Source: Nitrospirota bacterium
GTDB lineage: Bacteria > Nitrospirota > UBA9217
DNA: 64,000 bases
Reading direction: 5' to 3'
Assembly (NCBI GenBank): GCA_963737155.1
Contig: CAVTRN010000002.1
Coordinates: 1,472,001 to 1,536,000 of the forward strand
In this document: piece by piece, positions 1 to 11,078 of the stretch
Layout: each line of letters begins with the position of its first letter
Numbering within the stretch: the stretch's first letter is position 1
Program-made: the position numbers and the translations under genes
The notes under the pieces: generated by a model
The model's input: only the letters and a program-made list of their open reading frames with translations
The model's database searches: none
Told to the model about the DNA's origin: nothing

Positions 1-2
1 AG

Positions 3-3000
3 ATTGCGACTCCGGATTACGATATTGTTGCAGGCCTCTGCTATGCAGTTGCTCGGAATTTCAAAGCGACCATCGGCAAAGGGAAAAAGTTTCCCGCCCC
101 GGTTTTGTTTCAGGGAGGTGTCGCGGCGAACCTCGGTATGCGCAGGGCTTTCCGCGACGTGTTGAAACTTTCGGAGCAGGAGATGAAGATTCCCGACCAC
201 TTCGCAACGTCGGGTGCAATCGGGGCCGCGTTAATGGCCCGCGAGCAGCGCGGAGAGGTGGCCGTCTACCTCGGGGCTCCGGCGATTGCGACGGTGCTTG
301 CAGGAGGCGTAGGGTGGGCGGAGAGCGGCATGGCGCGTCTTTCACAGCCGATGGGTATCATGCCGAATCCTGACCAGGACGGAACAGCCGTCAGCGACGG
401 GCCCATCGAGGCCTATCTTGGTGTGGATGTAGGTTCCGTATCGACAAATGTTGTGGTCATTGACAAAAACAGGATAGTCCTGTCGAAACGCTATCTCCCT
501 ACGGCCGGGAGGCCCATCGAAGCGGTGAAACAGGGCCTAGCGGAGATCGGAGCGGAGATTGGTGGGAAGTTGAAAATCCTGGGTGTAGGTACTACGGGGT
601 CGGGCAGGTATCTGACCGGCGACATGATCGGAGCGGATGTGGTAAGGAATGAAATTACCGCCCAGGCCACGGCTGCTGCAGCCATAGACCCCTTGGTGGA
701 CACCATTTTTGAGATCGGCGGCCAAGACTCGAAATACATCAGCCTTCGGAATGGTGTGGTTGTGGATTTCGAAATGAATAAAGCCTGTGCCGCAGGAACG
801 GGTTCATTCCTCGAAGAGCAGGCGGAGCGACTCGGAATCAAAATTAAACAGGAATTTGAGGCTAAGGCGTTCTGCGCCGGTTCTCCGTGCCGGTTCGGCG
901 AACGCTGCACGGTTTTCATGGAATCGGACTTGGTCCATTCTATGAACAAGGGCGCCAGCGTTGAGGAACTCACCGCCGGGCTCGCTTACTCCATTGCTTA
1001 CAATTACCTGAACAAAGTCAAGGCGGGTAAGCCAATCGGCGACCGCATATTCTTCCAGGGTGGTGTTGCCGCGAACAAGGCCGTAGTATCGGCATTTGAA
1101 ACCATCACCGGCAAACCCATCACCGTACCGCCCCATCATGAGGTTACCGGCGCCATCGGTGCGGCGATCCTCGCCATGAGCAACTCCAACGGCAGGAGCG
1201 CGTTCAAGGGTTTTGATTTGAACAAACGCGCCTATACCGTTACGACCTTCGAATGCGCGGCATGTGTGAACCGCTGCGACATCCGGCAGGTGAGCTTCGA
1301 GGGTGAGAAGCCGCTCTACTACGGAAGCCGATGCGAAAAATATGATGTCAAGAAAAAGCATTCAGATGCAGGATCTTTGCCCGACCTTTTTTCCGAGCGC
1401 GAACAGATGTTTCTCGCTTCGCCGCTCACACATACCCTCGGCGAAGATGCTCCGGTGATCGGAATTCCGCGTATGCTTTATGTCAATGATTTTCTGCCTT
1501 ACTGGAAGGTTTTTTTCAATGAACTGGGCTATCGCGTCGTATTATCGGAAAGCACAAACCGCTCGCTGATCAATAGGGCGCTCGAAGCGACCATTGCGGA
1601 GACTTGTTTCCCGGCCAAAGTAGGGCTAGGCCATGTCCTCGATCTTCTTGATAAAAAGGTCGATGTGATTTTTCTTCCGAGTTTCATCCGTCTTCCAGTT
1701 TCTCACGACCAAGCAAGAAATACTCAGGCTTGTCCCTATGCCCAGGCTTTTCCCTATGTCGCGAAGGCTTCGATCCGCTTCGGAAAGACGAGGACTGTTG
1801 AGCCCGTTCTTTTTATGCACGATAAGCGTCAGTTCGATAAAAGCATGAAGGCACTCGGCAGGAGTCTTGGGAAGGGCGCGGCTAACGTGGCCTGGGCGCA
1901 GCGCCGCGCCGCTGAAGCATTGGATGATTTTCACCGCGCTCTTGAGCGACGCGGCCGTGAGGTCTTGGCAGCGCTCAAACCGGGAGAGCATGCGCTGGTG
2001 CTCATCGGACGAAATTACAACACCTGCGATACCGGTATCAACATGAACCTGCCGTCTAGGATTCGCGACCTCGGTGTGCAGGCGATACCCATGGATTTTA
2101 TCCCGCTTCATGAGGTAGATCTTTCAGGGCAGGAGCACATGTACTGGAAATCGGGCCAGAGAATCATAGCGGCGGGACGCTTCATCTCTGGCAACCCTAG
2201 ACTGTTTCCACTGTACCTGACGAATTTTGGGTGCGGGCCTGATTCCTTTATCACCCATTTTTTCCGCGCAGAAATGGGCGGGAAACCGTTTCTCCAGCTT
2301 GAAATCGATGAACATAGCGCTGATGCGGGCGCCATCACGAGAATCGAGGCATTCTTGGATAGCCTGAAGAACGTGAAGGAAACACGACCGCGACCGGATT
2401 TCACTATGTTCACTAGGAACAACGGAAACGGATCGCTCCATGGGAAGAAGGTCTATTTGCCGCCGATGACCGATCATGCTCATGCTCTTGCAGCCGCGTT
2501 CAGGGCTTGTAGCGTGGAGGCCGTGGTGCTGCCAGAGTCTGACGAGGAAACCATTAGAATCGGCAGAGAACATAGTTCGGGCCGCGAGTGCTATCCACTG
2601 GCACTCACCGTCGGAGACATGATTAAGGCAACCAGGCGGCCAGGATTCGATCCTAGCCAGAGCGCGTTTTTCATGCCTTCGGGTAGGGGGCCCTGTCGGT
2701 TCGGACAGTACAACCGTTACCACCGCCAGGTACTGGACAAACTCGGACTTGAACGCGTACAAATCATGTCCCCCATGCAGGACGAGTCTCTTCACAACGA
2801 TGTCTGTGCGCTGGACAAGAATTTCGTGCTCATGAGCTGGCGAGGTGTCTTCGCCGTGGACATGCTCCAGAAAGCGCTGCGGGAAACGCGTCCCTATGAG
2901 AAAAGGAAAGGGCAAGCGGCCGGTGTATATCAGAGAGCGCTCGATGCGGTGGTGTTCGCAATAGAAAAGAGAAAAGACCTCGTGCCGGTGCTGTGCGGAG

Positions 3001-3626
3001 CCTATAATGATTTCATGGCGATAGATATAACGGAGAGGTCGAAACCGGTGATCGGCGTCGTGGGGGAAATCTATATTCGTTCAAACAGTTTCAGCAACGA
3101 GGATGTGGTGGGTCAAATAGAGAAACTCGGGGGCGAAGTGTGGGTCGCGCCCATATCGGAATGGCTGCTTTACGTTAACACCACGGCCAAGGCATCTGCC
3201 CTGATGAACCGCTCCTGGAAAAAGCTGCTGAAAGCGTACCTGACCGCGTGGGTTCAGCGTAAGGATGAGCAACGGCTCCTAAACAGCTTTAATGGATCGT
3301 TGCGGAGTCTTCATGAACCGAGCATCGACCAGACACTGCGCTCTGCCCTACCTTATATTCACCATTCCTTCGAAGGCGAGGCTGTTCTTTCGGTTGGCAA
3401 GGCCATTGATTACATCAACCGCGGTGTTTCGGGCATTGTGAACGTGATGCCCTTCACCTGCATGCCCGGCACCATAGCGACGGCAGTGCTCAAACGCTTA
3501 AGGGAAGACCATCACAATATCCCACTCCTCAACATAGCCTATGAAGGTCAGGGAGCTTCCCAGACACTTACCCGACTTGAAGCCTTCATGCATCAGGCGC
3601 AAGCGTACGATCCACCGAGAAAGTAG
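3..3626 (+). CDS. Acyl-CoA dehydratase activase-related protein (BadF/BcrAD ATPase domains + DUF2229-type C-terminal region), 5'-truncated by window edge
   Basis: Motifs YLGVDVGSVSTN, GTTGSGR, FEIGGQDSK, MNKACAAGTGSFLEEQA, CTVFMESD; later GCGPD and MPFTCMPG motifs; frame open from window start. Confidence 0.88.
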   Translation: MATPDYDIVAGLCYAVARNFKATIGKGKKFPAPVLFQGGVAANLGMRRAFRDVLKLSEQEMKIPDHFATSGAIGAALMAREQRGEVAVYLGAPAIATVLAGGVGWAESGMARLSQPMGIMPNPDQDGTAVSDGPIEAYLGVDVGSVSTNVVVIDKNRIVLSKRYLPTAGRPIEAVKQGLAEIGAEIGGKLKILGVGTTGSGRYLTGDMIGADVVRNEITAQATAAAAIDPLVDTIFEIGGQDSKYISLRNGVVVDFEMNKACAAGTGSFLEEQAERLGIKIKQEFEAKAFCAGSPCRFGERCTVFMESDLVHSMNKGASVEELTAGLAYSIAYNYLNKVKAGKPIGDRIFFQGGVAANKAVVSAFETITGKPITVPPHHEVTGAIGAAILAMSNSNGRSAFKGFDLNKRAYTVTTFECAACVNRCDIRQVSFEGEKPLYYGSRCEKYDVKKKHSDAGSLPDLFSEREQMFLASPLTHTLGEDAPVIGIPRMLYVNDFLPYWKVFFNELGYRVVLSESTNRSLINRALEATIAETCFPAKVGLGHVLDLLDKKVDVIFLPSFIRLPVSHDQARNTQACPYAQAFPYVAKASIRFGKTRTVEPVLFMHDKRQFDKSMKALGRSLGKGAANVAWAQRRAAEALDDFHRALERRGREVLAALKPGEHALVLIGRNYNTCDTGINMNLPSRIRDLGVQAIPMDFIPLHEVDLSGQEHMYWKSGQRIIAAGRFISGNPRLFPLYLTNFGCGPDSFITHFFRAEMGGKPFLQLEIDEHSADAGAITRIEAFLDSLKNVKETRPRPDFTMFTRNNGNGSLHGKKVYLPPMTDHAHALAAAFRACSVEAVVLPESDEETIRIGREHSSGRECYPLALTVGDMIKATRRPGFDPSQSAFFMPSGRGPCRFGQYNRYHRQVLDKLGLERVQIMSPMQDESLHNDVCALDKNFVLMSWRGVFAVDMLQKALRETRPYEKRKGQAAGVYQRALDAVVFAIEKRKDLVPVLCGAYNDFMAIDITERSKPVIGVVGEIYIRSNSFSNEDVVGQIEKLGGEVWVAPISEWLLYVNTTAKASALMNRSWKKLLKAYLTAWVQRKDEQRLLNSFNGSLRSLHEPSIDQTLRSALPYIHHSFEGEAVLSVGKAIDYINRGVSGIVNVMPFTCMPGTIATAVLKRLREDHHNIPLLNIAYEGQGASQTLTRLEAFMHQAQAYDPPRK

Positions 3627-3740
3627 CGCACATGGCCGGTTGTACAGCGTAGTCGTGATACTATCCAATGTGGGCTGATCGAAGAACCGCAACGGACCGC
3701 TGTTTACGCCTGATTATGATGCTGCCGGAAACCTACAGAC

Positions 3741-5318
3741 ATGTCACTTAAGAAAAAAATCACGCTCAGTTTTTTTATCAGTGCCTTCATAATCGCGATC
3801 CTCGCTGATTTCGAGTATGTTAATTTCGTCGAACTCAGGAAAGAAATCCGATATCTTGAGATTATTGACATGGTGAGCCGTAAAGCGGTCCAGCTCAGGC
3901 GCCATGAAAAGAATTATTTTCTTTATGGCCCGAAACGAGGCAACGTTGAGGCCGCATCTGTTTATGATTACCTCAAGCAACTTAAGGATATTCTCGCACA
4001 AAATCCCCATATTGACGAAGCAGACCAGCTTTCTTTGCGCGCTAAAATCATTGAGTATGAACAGCGTTTCACGAAAATCGATGCAGCGTCAATAAGTCTT
4101 ACAGCGGATTTTGAAAAGCTCAGGAAATCTAATCGCAGGGATGATAAATTCATTGCTCTAGTTGAAGACACCTTCCTGGAGCGTCCTGCAGAGTCCGCGG
4201 TGTTTCTGAAAAGCGTATACCGTCTCCCGGAGAGGCATTCTCTTGTTACGAAACTCCAGGCGTTGAATACCGACATCGCGTCTCTGATAAAAACGGGCGA
4301 GGATATATTGGTCATCAAGAGCGACCTCGACAAGGTCAGCCGTGAAAAAGCGGAAACTGTTATCCGTGTTTCGCAGATTGCGATTCTCATATTCTTCCCC
4401 CTCTTTTTCGTGGTTGGCATCGGAATGCTGTTCTTCATCAGCACCAGTGTCGTGAGGAGGCTCATACTTTTGATCAGCGTGGTAGAAAAGACCGGTAAGG
4501 GATCGTATCCCCATCTCACCGGATCAGGTTCGAAAGGCAATCCCGATGATGAAGTAGGAGTGCTGATCGATAAGTTCAACGAAATGGAGGACCAACTCGC
4601 ACTGCGTGAACAGGAGATAGAGCGAAAAAACATGGAACTGATGCAGGCGAAGAAACTGGCTGCTATCGGTACGCTCGCATCGGGCGTGGCCCATGAACTG
4701 AACAACCCACTCAATAATATCTACCTCTCAGCCCAGGTCCTTATGCAAGAAGCGGGTGAAAGCTGCTCTCTTGACGTGAAAGAGGCGGTGAGCGATATCG
4801 TCGGCCAGACGGAACGGGTGAAGCGGATCGTCAGTGACCTTCTGGAATTTGCCCGCGGCAGGGAGCTTCGGCTCCATGAAGCGGATTTGATCGCGTTGAT
4901 CGAAGACGCATACCGGAATGCGGGAAGCTCGCGTGACATGAGCGGAATAAGGTTTTCCTTCACTTCCAAACCCCCAGTGTTGCTTGTATCGGCCGATACC
5001 GGACAGCTTGAACAGGTGTTCACCAATCTTTTTATCAATGCCGCAGACGCCATGCAACAGAGGGGTGAGATCATCGTATCGATTAAACAGGTAGCGAACA
5101 ACATTGAGATCGGGATATCCGATACCGGTAATGGTATCCCGGCCGAATCACTTGATAAAATATTCGAGCCCTTTTTTTCCACGAAAGATAAAGGCACTGG
5201 TCTCGGATTGGCGATAGTATATAGTATCGTCAAAAAACACCATGGTGATATAACGGTCAAAAGCGAAGAAGGAAAAGGTACGACATTTACTGTTGCCCTA
5301 CCGGCACATCATGCATAG
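3741..5318 (+). CDS. Membrane-bound HAMP sensor histidine kinase
   Basis: Two TM segments, HAMP (DEVGVLIDKFNEM), H-box AHELNNPL, N/G boxes (DTGNGI, GTGLGL). Confidence 0.95.
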   Translation: MSLKKKITLSFFISAFIIAILADFEYVNFVELRKEIRYLEIIDMVSRKAVQLRRHEKNYFLYGPKRGNVEAASVYDYLKQLKDILAQNPHIDEADQLSLRAKIIEYEQRFTKIDAASISLTADFEKLRKSNRRDDKFIALVEDTFLERPAESAVFLKSVYRLPERHSLVTKLQALNTDIASLIKTGEDILVIKSDLDKVSREKAETVIRVSQIAILIFFPLFFVVGIGMLFFISTSVVRRLILLISVVEKTGKGSYPHLTGSGSKGNPDDEVGVLIDKFNEMEDQLALREQEIERKNMELMQAKKLAAIGTLASGVAHELNNPLNNIYLSAQVLMQEAGESCSLDVKEAVSDIVGQTERVKRIVSDLLEFARGRELRLHEADLIALIEDAYRNAGSSRDMSGIRFSFTSKPPVLLVSADTGQLEQVFTNLFINAADAMQQRGEIIVSIKQVANNIEIGISDTGNGIPAESLDKIFEPFFSTKDKGTGLGLAIVYSIVKKHHGDITVKSEEGKGTTFTVALPAHHA

Positions 5319-5586
5319 CTGCTGAAATATCAAACTCCCTATTAAAGGGAAATAAAGTCTGCGATGGAGTTCCACCGTAGAACAAAGAAATGACACATGG
5401 TTAATTGAAAAGCTAAATTACCATTCTCTGAGGCGCATGTTGCATTTGTGCCAAGAGCCATTTCCACTTTTGATTTGTCTTTGCCCGGGCAAATGAAATT
5501 GACACCGCCCGAGGGGAGTATTATGATGTCTGTGGATGGTCGCACATTCCTGTGACGACCCAATACAGTCGAAAAGAGAACCATTA

Positions 5587-6918
5587 ATGGCATTCAAAAT
5601 CCTTGTAGCAGAAGATGAAGAGATAACCCTGAAGCATCTGATCAATACCCTCGCCAAGGCTGGATATTCAGCGACCGGCACTAAGAACGGCCTCGAGGCG
5701 CTCGAGAAGATAGAAAACGATCATTTCGATTTGCTGATCGCGGACATCAAGATGCCGGGGCTCACAGGCTTGGAACTACTCGAAAAGATTAGGGAGAAAC
5801 AGCTCGAGTCAGAGGTGATCATCATTACCGGCTTTGGCAGTATCAGCTCGGTTGTGGAAGCCATGAAAAAGGGCGCTTATGACTATGTTACAAAGCCATT
5901 CAACCTCGATGAACTGCTTCTGAAAGTTGGGAAGATCCGGGACCAACTATCCCTTAAGAAGGAAAATATAGCGCTAAAAGCCTATGTCAGCGTCGACAAG
6001 AAGGTGTCGATTATTGCTCAAAGCACGAGCATGAGCAACATTCTTGGCATTATAGAAGGCATGCGGGCTTCGGACTGCAATGTGCTGCTGACAGGTGAAA
6101 CTGGTGTGGGCAAAAGCCTTCTGGCCAAGATCATCCATTATACCAGCAGGCGGCAGGATATGCCGTTTCTTTCGATCAACTGTGCCACACTCACTGAGGA
6201 ACTGCTCGCGAGCGAGCTGTTCGGATATGAAAAAGGGGCGTTTACGGGAGCGGTCAAAACCAAGCAGGGTTTGGTAGAAATCGCCGATTCTGGCACGCTG
6301 TTCCTTGATGAGATCGCTGAAATGGCGCCTAGCCTACAGGCCAAACTCCTGAAAGTGATAGAAGAGGGAGAGTTTTACCGGGTGGGTGGAACCAAACCCA
6401 TCAAGGTCGATGTGCGGTTCATCGCTGCGACTAACCAAAATGTGAGGACTGCCATCAGTGAGGGCCGTTTCCGCGAGGATCTCTACTACCGACTGAATAT
6501 CATGGAAATTTTCATTCCGCCGCTCCGTGACCGCCGCGAAGACATCCCTCCGCTTTGCAACTATTTTTTGGGAAAACATCTTCCGAGTTCGCGCAAGAAA
6601 ATCACGGGCTTCACTAAAGAAGCCATGGAGGTACTCATTCACTACAGCTATCCTGGCAACGTGCGCGAATTGGAGAATATTGTCGAGCGCGCAATAATTC
6701 TGGAGCAGACAAGTCTGCTTACTCCGGAAAGCCTGCCTCAAACCATCAAAATGTTCCAAATAGAGGCCATCGAACCGAACAAGATAAAAACGCTGGAGGA
6801 GCTGAGCAAGGATTATGCAGAGCAAGTGATCGAGATTCTTGGCGGCAACAAATCGAAAGCTGCCGAGGTGCTCGGCATCTCTCGGACGAGCCTCTGGCGC
6901 ATTATGAAAGAAGAATAG
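5587..6918 (+). CDS. Sigma54-dependent response regulator (NtrC/AtoC family)
   Basis: Receiver (DIKMPG), Walker A GETGVGKS, GAFTGA loop, FLDEI, Fis-type HTH; start taken at ATG 5587. Confidence 0.95.
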   Translation: MAFKILVAEDEEITLKHLINTLAKAGYSATGTKNGLEALEKIENDHFDLLIADIKMPGLTGLELLEKIREKQLESEVIIITGFGSISSVVEAMKKGAYDYVTKPFNLDELLLKVGKIRDQLSLKKENIALKAYVSVDKKVSIIAQSTSMSNILGIIEGMRASDCNVLLTGETGVGKSLLAKIIHYTSRRQDMPFLSINCATLTEELLASELFGYEKGAFTGAVKTKQGLVEIADSGTLFLDEIAEMAPSLQAKLLKVIEEGEFYRVGGTKPIKVDVRFIAATNQNVRTAISEGRFREDLYYRLNIMEIFIPPLRDRREDIPPLCNYFLGKHLPSSRKKITGFTKEAMEVLIHYSYPGNVRELENIVERAIILEQTSLLTPESLPQTIKMFQIEAIEPNKIKTLEELSKDYAEQVIEILGGNKSKAAEVLGISRTSLWRIMKEE

Positions 6919-7128
6919 AATTTTCCCCGTCTGTGGAGTCAAAGTTCCGGACACCTCTCTTGCCTTCCGTCACTCAATACAAACCGAATTTATACTAACA
7001 AATAATGCGGGAATGATTTTATTGGGTTTATTTCTCGTGCGGCGCGAGGTACCCTTATCAGATCGTATCTCAAGCTACTAAAGTGGCATATAAAAACATC
7101 CGAGAGGAGAGTCAAGCGCAATGGATGG

Positions 7129-7744
7129 TCACAGCATCATAAGCGACGTCATCATGGCGACGGACCAGATGATGTCCGGGGGCAGTTGCAGATCACAAGT
7201 AGAATCAAGGAGCAGGTCGACGCGAGCAGGGAACTCTTCATTCTCGAGCCAAAGCGAGAGGATGACCGGAGTATCTCGGAAATGGCCATAGCTGAATCGA
7301 TATGTCTGCCAAGCTGACGGGCTGTTGGGCGCCAAGAAGAATTCCTCTTTGCATAAACCCCTTTTTGTCATTTCCGTATTTTTCCGCTATTGAATCAAGG
7401 GGCAGAATATGAGATCCTCGGGTAAAAGCTTCTCCGCCGCGAATCTGCTCCAGTTTTGTGAGCCGGCCGGTACAAGTGATATCTTTGACACTCACCAGAT
7501 ACCAGAGAACCGAGAGCCTGAAAAAATAACTTAACCGCTGAAGGAGCGGGGCGCTTCCCTCTGCATCGCTCGTTATTGACCTGTTCTTGGACGAGACTGT
7601 AAAATCCATCCCGAAAGATTTGATCACGTATACGTCGCGCCCGGCGTCGAAGATGGCACCCGAAGCTCTACAGACAAAATCAGGCTGTAGTGATGCTAAA
7701 GTTTCCCACGCCTTATCCTCGCCCGGATTACACGCTGCCGTCAT
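7129..7744 (-). pseudogene. DUF3786-like protein, frameshifted near 7270
   Basis: ORF 7238-7744 ends QLWPFPR; the natural continuation PVILSLWLENEEFPARVDLLLDST lies in another frame ending at 7129; could be a sequencing error. Confidence 0.7.
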
Positions 7745-7892
7745 TTTATTCCCTCAAGTATGACATCCGAAGCTTCAATGGCATGATCCCGTTCCAGAAA
7801 AATAATTAGTTACTGCAATAGAAATGGAATTATCTTCCGCAAATCTTTTTTTGCATCTTACCAGCTTTACAATGAATTTCAAAGTAGTTTTA

Positions 7893-8062
7893 TGTTTCAG
7901 ATTTTAACACAGCGCATTAGAAACCATGTTGTGCATTTAAAATTATAAATGTCTTGATTTGCATAATTTTATATTGCAAATAAAGGTCTTTTGCATCATT
8001 TTTCATTGCCGACCTGTTTTTGATATTACTATGGTGTTTCAGTAGGGTTTAAAATTGAAACA
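7893..8062. promoter_or_regulatory. Two 17-bp near-palindromes, candidate enhancer-binding-protein sites
   Basis: TGTTTCAGATTTTAACA (7893-7909) and GGTTTAAAATTGAAACA (8046-8062) upstream of a sigma54 promoter. Confidence 0.45.
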
Positions 8063-8114
8063 TGAATATAACCGGTATATATAAAAATATGCATAAAAAC
8101 AGTATCTTATAGTA

Positions 8115-8130
8115 TGGCACTTGTATTGCA
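8115..8130 (+). promoter_or_regulatory. Sigma54 (-24/-12) promoter
   Basis: TGGCAC-TTGTA-TTGCA matches the TGGCAC-N5-TTGCW consensus. Confidence 0.8.
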
Positions 8131-8170
8131 TAATAAATATCAGAGTTTCACTCGTATAGGAGACAGATCG

Positions 8171-8671
8171 ATGGGAAAGAGGCAAGTGCTGTTTGTCACT
8201 TACCGTGATGAGAATCTTGAAGAAGGCGTTTCATACGTGATCGAATTGGCCAAGGCGATGTATGAAGACATTACCCTTCTTTTGGTGAGAAAGAAGAATA
8301 ATCTCATGGACAAGCTCGGGAATCTTATGACCGCTGTAAGTTTTGCAAAATCCGATAACCCCGATACTGTAAGAGATACCATGTTTACGGATTCAATTGG
8401 CGCCGAAGACCGATACGAAAAAGTGCTGGCCAATCTCGTCGCGCAGTGCCGAAGGGAGGGCATCCAGATGGGCGTTGAGGATACAGATCTTGATGCCATA
8501 TCAGGAATCCGGACCTTCCTGAAGAAGCACGCTGGGATCGACAAGGTCGTTCTGAGCCCGACCGTGACCGGCAGTGAAAACGTCTCAGCCAAGGATTTGC
8601 ACCGGCTCGTGCGGACGGCATCTCGGCCGATAGTAACCATGACCCGGCAGGCCTGCGACGGGGCATGTTAA
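8171..8671 (+). CDS. Conserved hypothetical protein, USP-like
   Basis: RBS AGGAGA before ATG 8171; alpha/beta pattern ending LVRTASRPIVTM like USP C-termini. Confidence 0.7.
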   Translation: MGKRQVLFVTYRDENLEEGVSYVIELAKAMYEDITLLLVRKKNNLMDKLGNLMTAVSFAKSDNPDTVRDTMFTDSIGAEDRYEKVLANLVAQCRREGIQMGVEDTDLDAISGIRTFLKKHAGIDKVVLSPTVTGSENVSAKDLHRLVRTASRPIVTMTRQACDGAC

Positions 8672-8772
8672 ATAATAGCATCAGAGGTTGTTTGAGGAAA
8701 CAAATCGTTCAGCGCTGAACGGTAAATAGACAGCGGAATTATTCTAAAATCAAGAGAAAAGGAGCAAGCGCC

Positions 8773-8927
8773 GTGTATCCATATACACCAGTATCACTGG
8801 CAAGCACAAAAATTTTAATTCTCGTCGGGCTTGGCAATAGGGCTTCTGCCCGCCTTTTCGGAGCCGGAGGGGGATTTCATTTTGACGCCGCTTCTTAACA
8901 TGTTCGGAATCCTGTCGACTGTTGCTT
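8773..8927 (+). pseudogene. Decayed 5' fragment of the TauE/TSUP gene
   Basis: Clear nucleotide similarity to 11678-11830 (ggagggggattt...gacgccgcttctta.catgttcggaatcc.gtcgac) with indels. Confidence 0.8.
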
Positions 8928-8940
8928 CCGAAAGGAGGAC

Positions 8941-9115
8941 AACATAGAATCAGTTACCTTCGATACCCCATGCCGCTATCAGAGATGAATGGCATGGTAC
9001 ATGGGATCAGCGCTTTATCCTGGAGATTGGTATCATTCTACTACCTCGGGCAGATCGTACGCTGAAACGTAAAAAGCTTGTATAGAAATGTAGCCAGAGC
9101 ACCCGGCGACAGGCC
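8941..9115 (+). repeat. Degenerate ~175-bp repeat, copy 1 (copy 2 at 18135-18305)
   Basis: Shared acatagaatc.gttaccttcgatac and tggaga.tgg.atcatt.tactac.tcgggca.at blocks. Confidence 0.75.
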
Positions 9116-9189
9116 ATTTATTAACACCAAGAGTTACGAAGTAAGGCAATTAGTATTACATAATAATAATTGAAAGGAGATTTTTCACC

Positions 9190-10704
9190 ATGAAAAAGCT
9201 TTTGCAGTTTCCTCATCCCTTTTTTTCCGGACGTCCGACATGGAAATGGTTTATTCTGATCAATGTCCTTATCGGCGCCACAATGTCGGCCTTGGATGTC
9301 AGCATCGTGAACGTCGCAATGCCGACGTTGAAGACTGAGTTCAACACCAGCATGTCCGTCATCGAGTGGGTGGCCATGGCGTATATGCTGACCCTCACCA
9401 TTTTCCTTCCTTTTTTCGGAAGGTTGGCCGACATGTTCGGTAGATCTAAACTTTATAATGCGGGATTTGTCGTCTTTACCGTAGGCTCCCTGTTTTGCGG
9501 AATGGCAACATCGGCATCCTTCATCATTGCCGCCCGAGTCCTCCAGGCGGTCGGCGCCGGACTCCTGCAGGCAAACTCCGTCGCGCTGATCACGCAGGCC
9601 TTTCCCTCAAGTGAGCGTGGTAAGGCTATCGGCATTCAGGGGGCGGTCCAGGCCATTGCCATGGCAGTGGGGCCCTTTGTGGGGGGTATCCTGATATCCA
9701 CGATCGGCTGGCGTGCGGTTTTCTATATTAATATACCGATCGGCATCCTGGGCACAGTCGCAGCACTGTTCATTCTTCCGCCCAACCAGACTACCGGGAA
9801 AAAGGAGTCCATCGACTACCTTGGAACGGTGTTCTTCGCAGCCGGCCTTGGATTTCTTGTGTTGGCCTTCAATGAAGTAGTTAATCTGGGATGGGGTTCG
9901 ACCACCATCTTGGTTTACTTCTTAAATTCGTTCATTCTGCTCGGTTTGTTTGTCCTCACCGAGATGAGGGTAAAGCATCCCCTGATAGATCTGAAACTGT
10001 TCAAGAACAGTACGTTCTTGATTGGCAACTTGACGGGAATGATGTCCTATTATGTGCTGTTTGCTGTCCTGTTCCTGATGCCGTTCTATCTTGAGAAGGT
10101 ACTTAATTTCAGCCCGGTGCTTACAGGCAGCCTGCTCACGCCTATTCCTCTTGCCATGGCCATAGTCGCCCCCCTTGCGGGCCATATTTCAGACAAGTAT
10201 GGGTCGAGGATCATGACGGCCTCAGGGATGTTCGTGTCTGCGCTCGCCTGCTTCTCCCTGTTATTTCTGGGTACGGTCGTGAACCTGCCGCTTTTGATCG
10301 CCGAGCTGGTTCTTCTGGGCATTGGCATGGGCATGTTCACGCCGCCGAACAATAGTGCGATTATGGGCGCGGCTCCCAAGGAAAAACTGGGACTGGCTGG
10401 CGGCGTGTTAAACATGATGCGTTCACTCGGACTTATATTCGGCGTGGACATATCCGGTCTGATATTCAGCAAGCTGGAGCATAAATACCTGGCCGATAAC
10501 GGCTACCCAAATGTGAATCACGTCTTCGCCAACGGCGGCATCCCGCTTCAAATGAAGGATCACGCTTTCATGCGCGGGTTCATAATCGTCGTAGGCGTGC
10601 TGGTTGCGCTTAATCTGTTTGCGGCGGTGCTTTCAACATCCGGTAAGCGCGTTGAGGTGGATGCAGCAGCAATGGAGGCTGCCAAGGAATTTGAAGGCAT
10701 CTGA
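9190..10704 (+). CDS. MFS transporter, DHA2 (EmrB/QacA) family
   Basis: LDVSIVNVAMP, GRLADMFGR motif A, about 14 TM segments. Confidence 0.93.
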   Translation: MKKLLQFPHPFFSGRPTWKWFILINVLIGATMSALDVSIVNVAMPTLKTEFNTSMSVIEWVAMAYMLTLTIFLPFFGRLADMFGRSKLYNAGFVVFTVGSLFCGMATSASFIIAARVLQAVGAGLLQANSVALITQAFPSSERGKAIGIQGAVQAIAMAVGPFVGGILISTIGWRAVFYINIPIGILGTVAALFILPPNQTTGKKESIDYLGTVFFAAGLGFLVLAFNEVVNLGWGSTTILVYFLNSFILLGLFVLTEMRVKHPLIDLKLFKNSTFLIGNLTGMMSYYVLFAVLFLMPFYLEKVLNFSPVLTGSLLTPIPLAMAIVAPLAGHISDKYGSRIMTASGMFVSALACFSLLFLGTVVNLPLLIAELVLLGIGMGMFTPPNNSAIMGAAPKEKLGLAGGVLNMMRSLGLIFGVDISGLIFSKLEHKYLADNGYPNVNHVFANGGIPLQMKDHAFMRGFIIVVGVLVALNLFAAVLSTSGKRVEVDAAAMEAAKEFEGI

Positions 10705-10737
10705 TCAGCCTCATAAACATAAAAAAGCAAAAAGAGC

Positions 10738-10772
10738 AAGCCCTCCGGTTTTATATCCGGGGGGCTTTTTTT
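10738..10772 (+). terminator. Rho-independent terminator
   Basis: aagccctccgg/ccggggggctt stem followed by T-run. Confidence 0.85.
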
Positions 10773-10794
10773 GTGCTGCGGTCTTTTTAATATT

Positions 10795-10935
10795 TTTGAG
10801 ATAAATATATTTTGCTTTTCAACCAAATGTGCTAAAATAAAAAAAATTATGATAGCAATGGGATGCAAATCGTCTGCTTGCGACCTATCCGGTCCTCGTC
10901 GTCCCTGGTACTCAGGGGTACTTTCCTGCAGCGTG
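10795..10935 (+). repeat. Duplicated promoter/leader region (second copy 18853-18985)
   Basis: gagataaat.tattttgcttttcaa.caaat.tg.taaaat and ggatgcaaat...cgtcgtccct...agggg.actttcc shared. Confidence 0.75.
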
Positions 10936-11017
10936 TTGTTTCAGTATGCTTTAGAATATTAAGCAATGCGATACCGACATGTTTTTAAAATATGCATTAA
11001 AATTGTAGGTTATATTA

Positions 11018-11033
11018 TGGTACTGCTATTGCG
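11018..11033 (+). promoter_or_regulatory. Sigma54-like promoter (duplicate of 8115)
   Basis: TGGTAC-TGCTA-TTGCG at the homologous position. Confidence 0.6.
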
Positions 11034-11078
11034 GGCATAATATATATCCCGGAACGGTTTGAAAAGGAGGCAAATCAA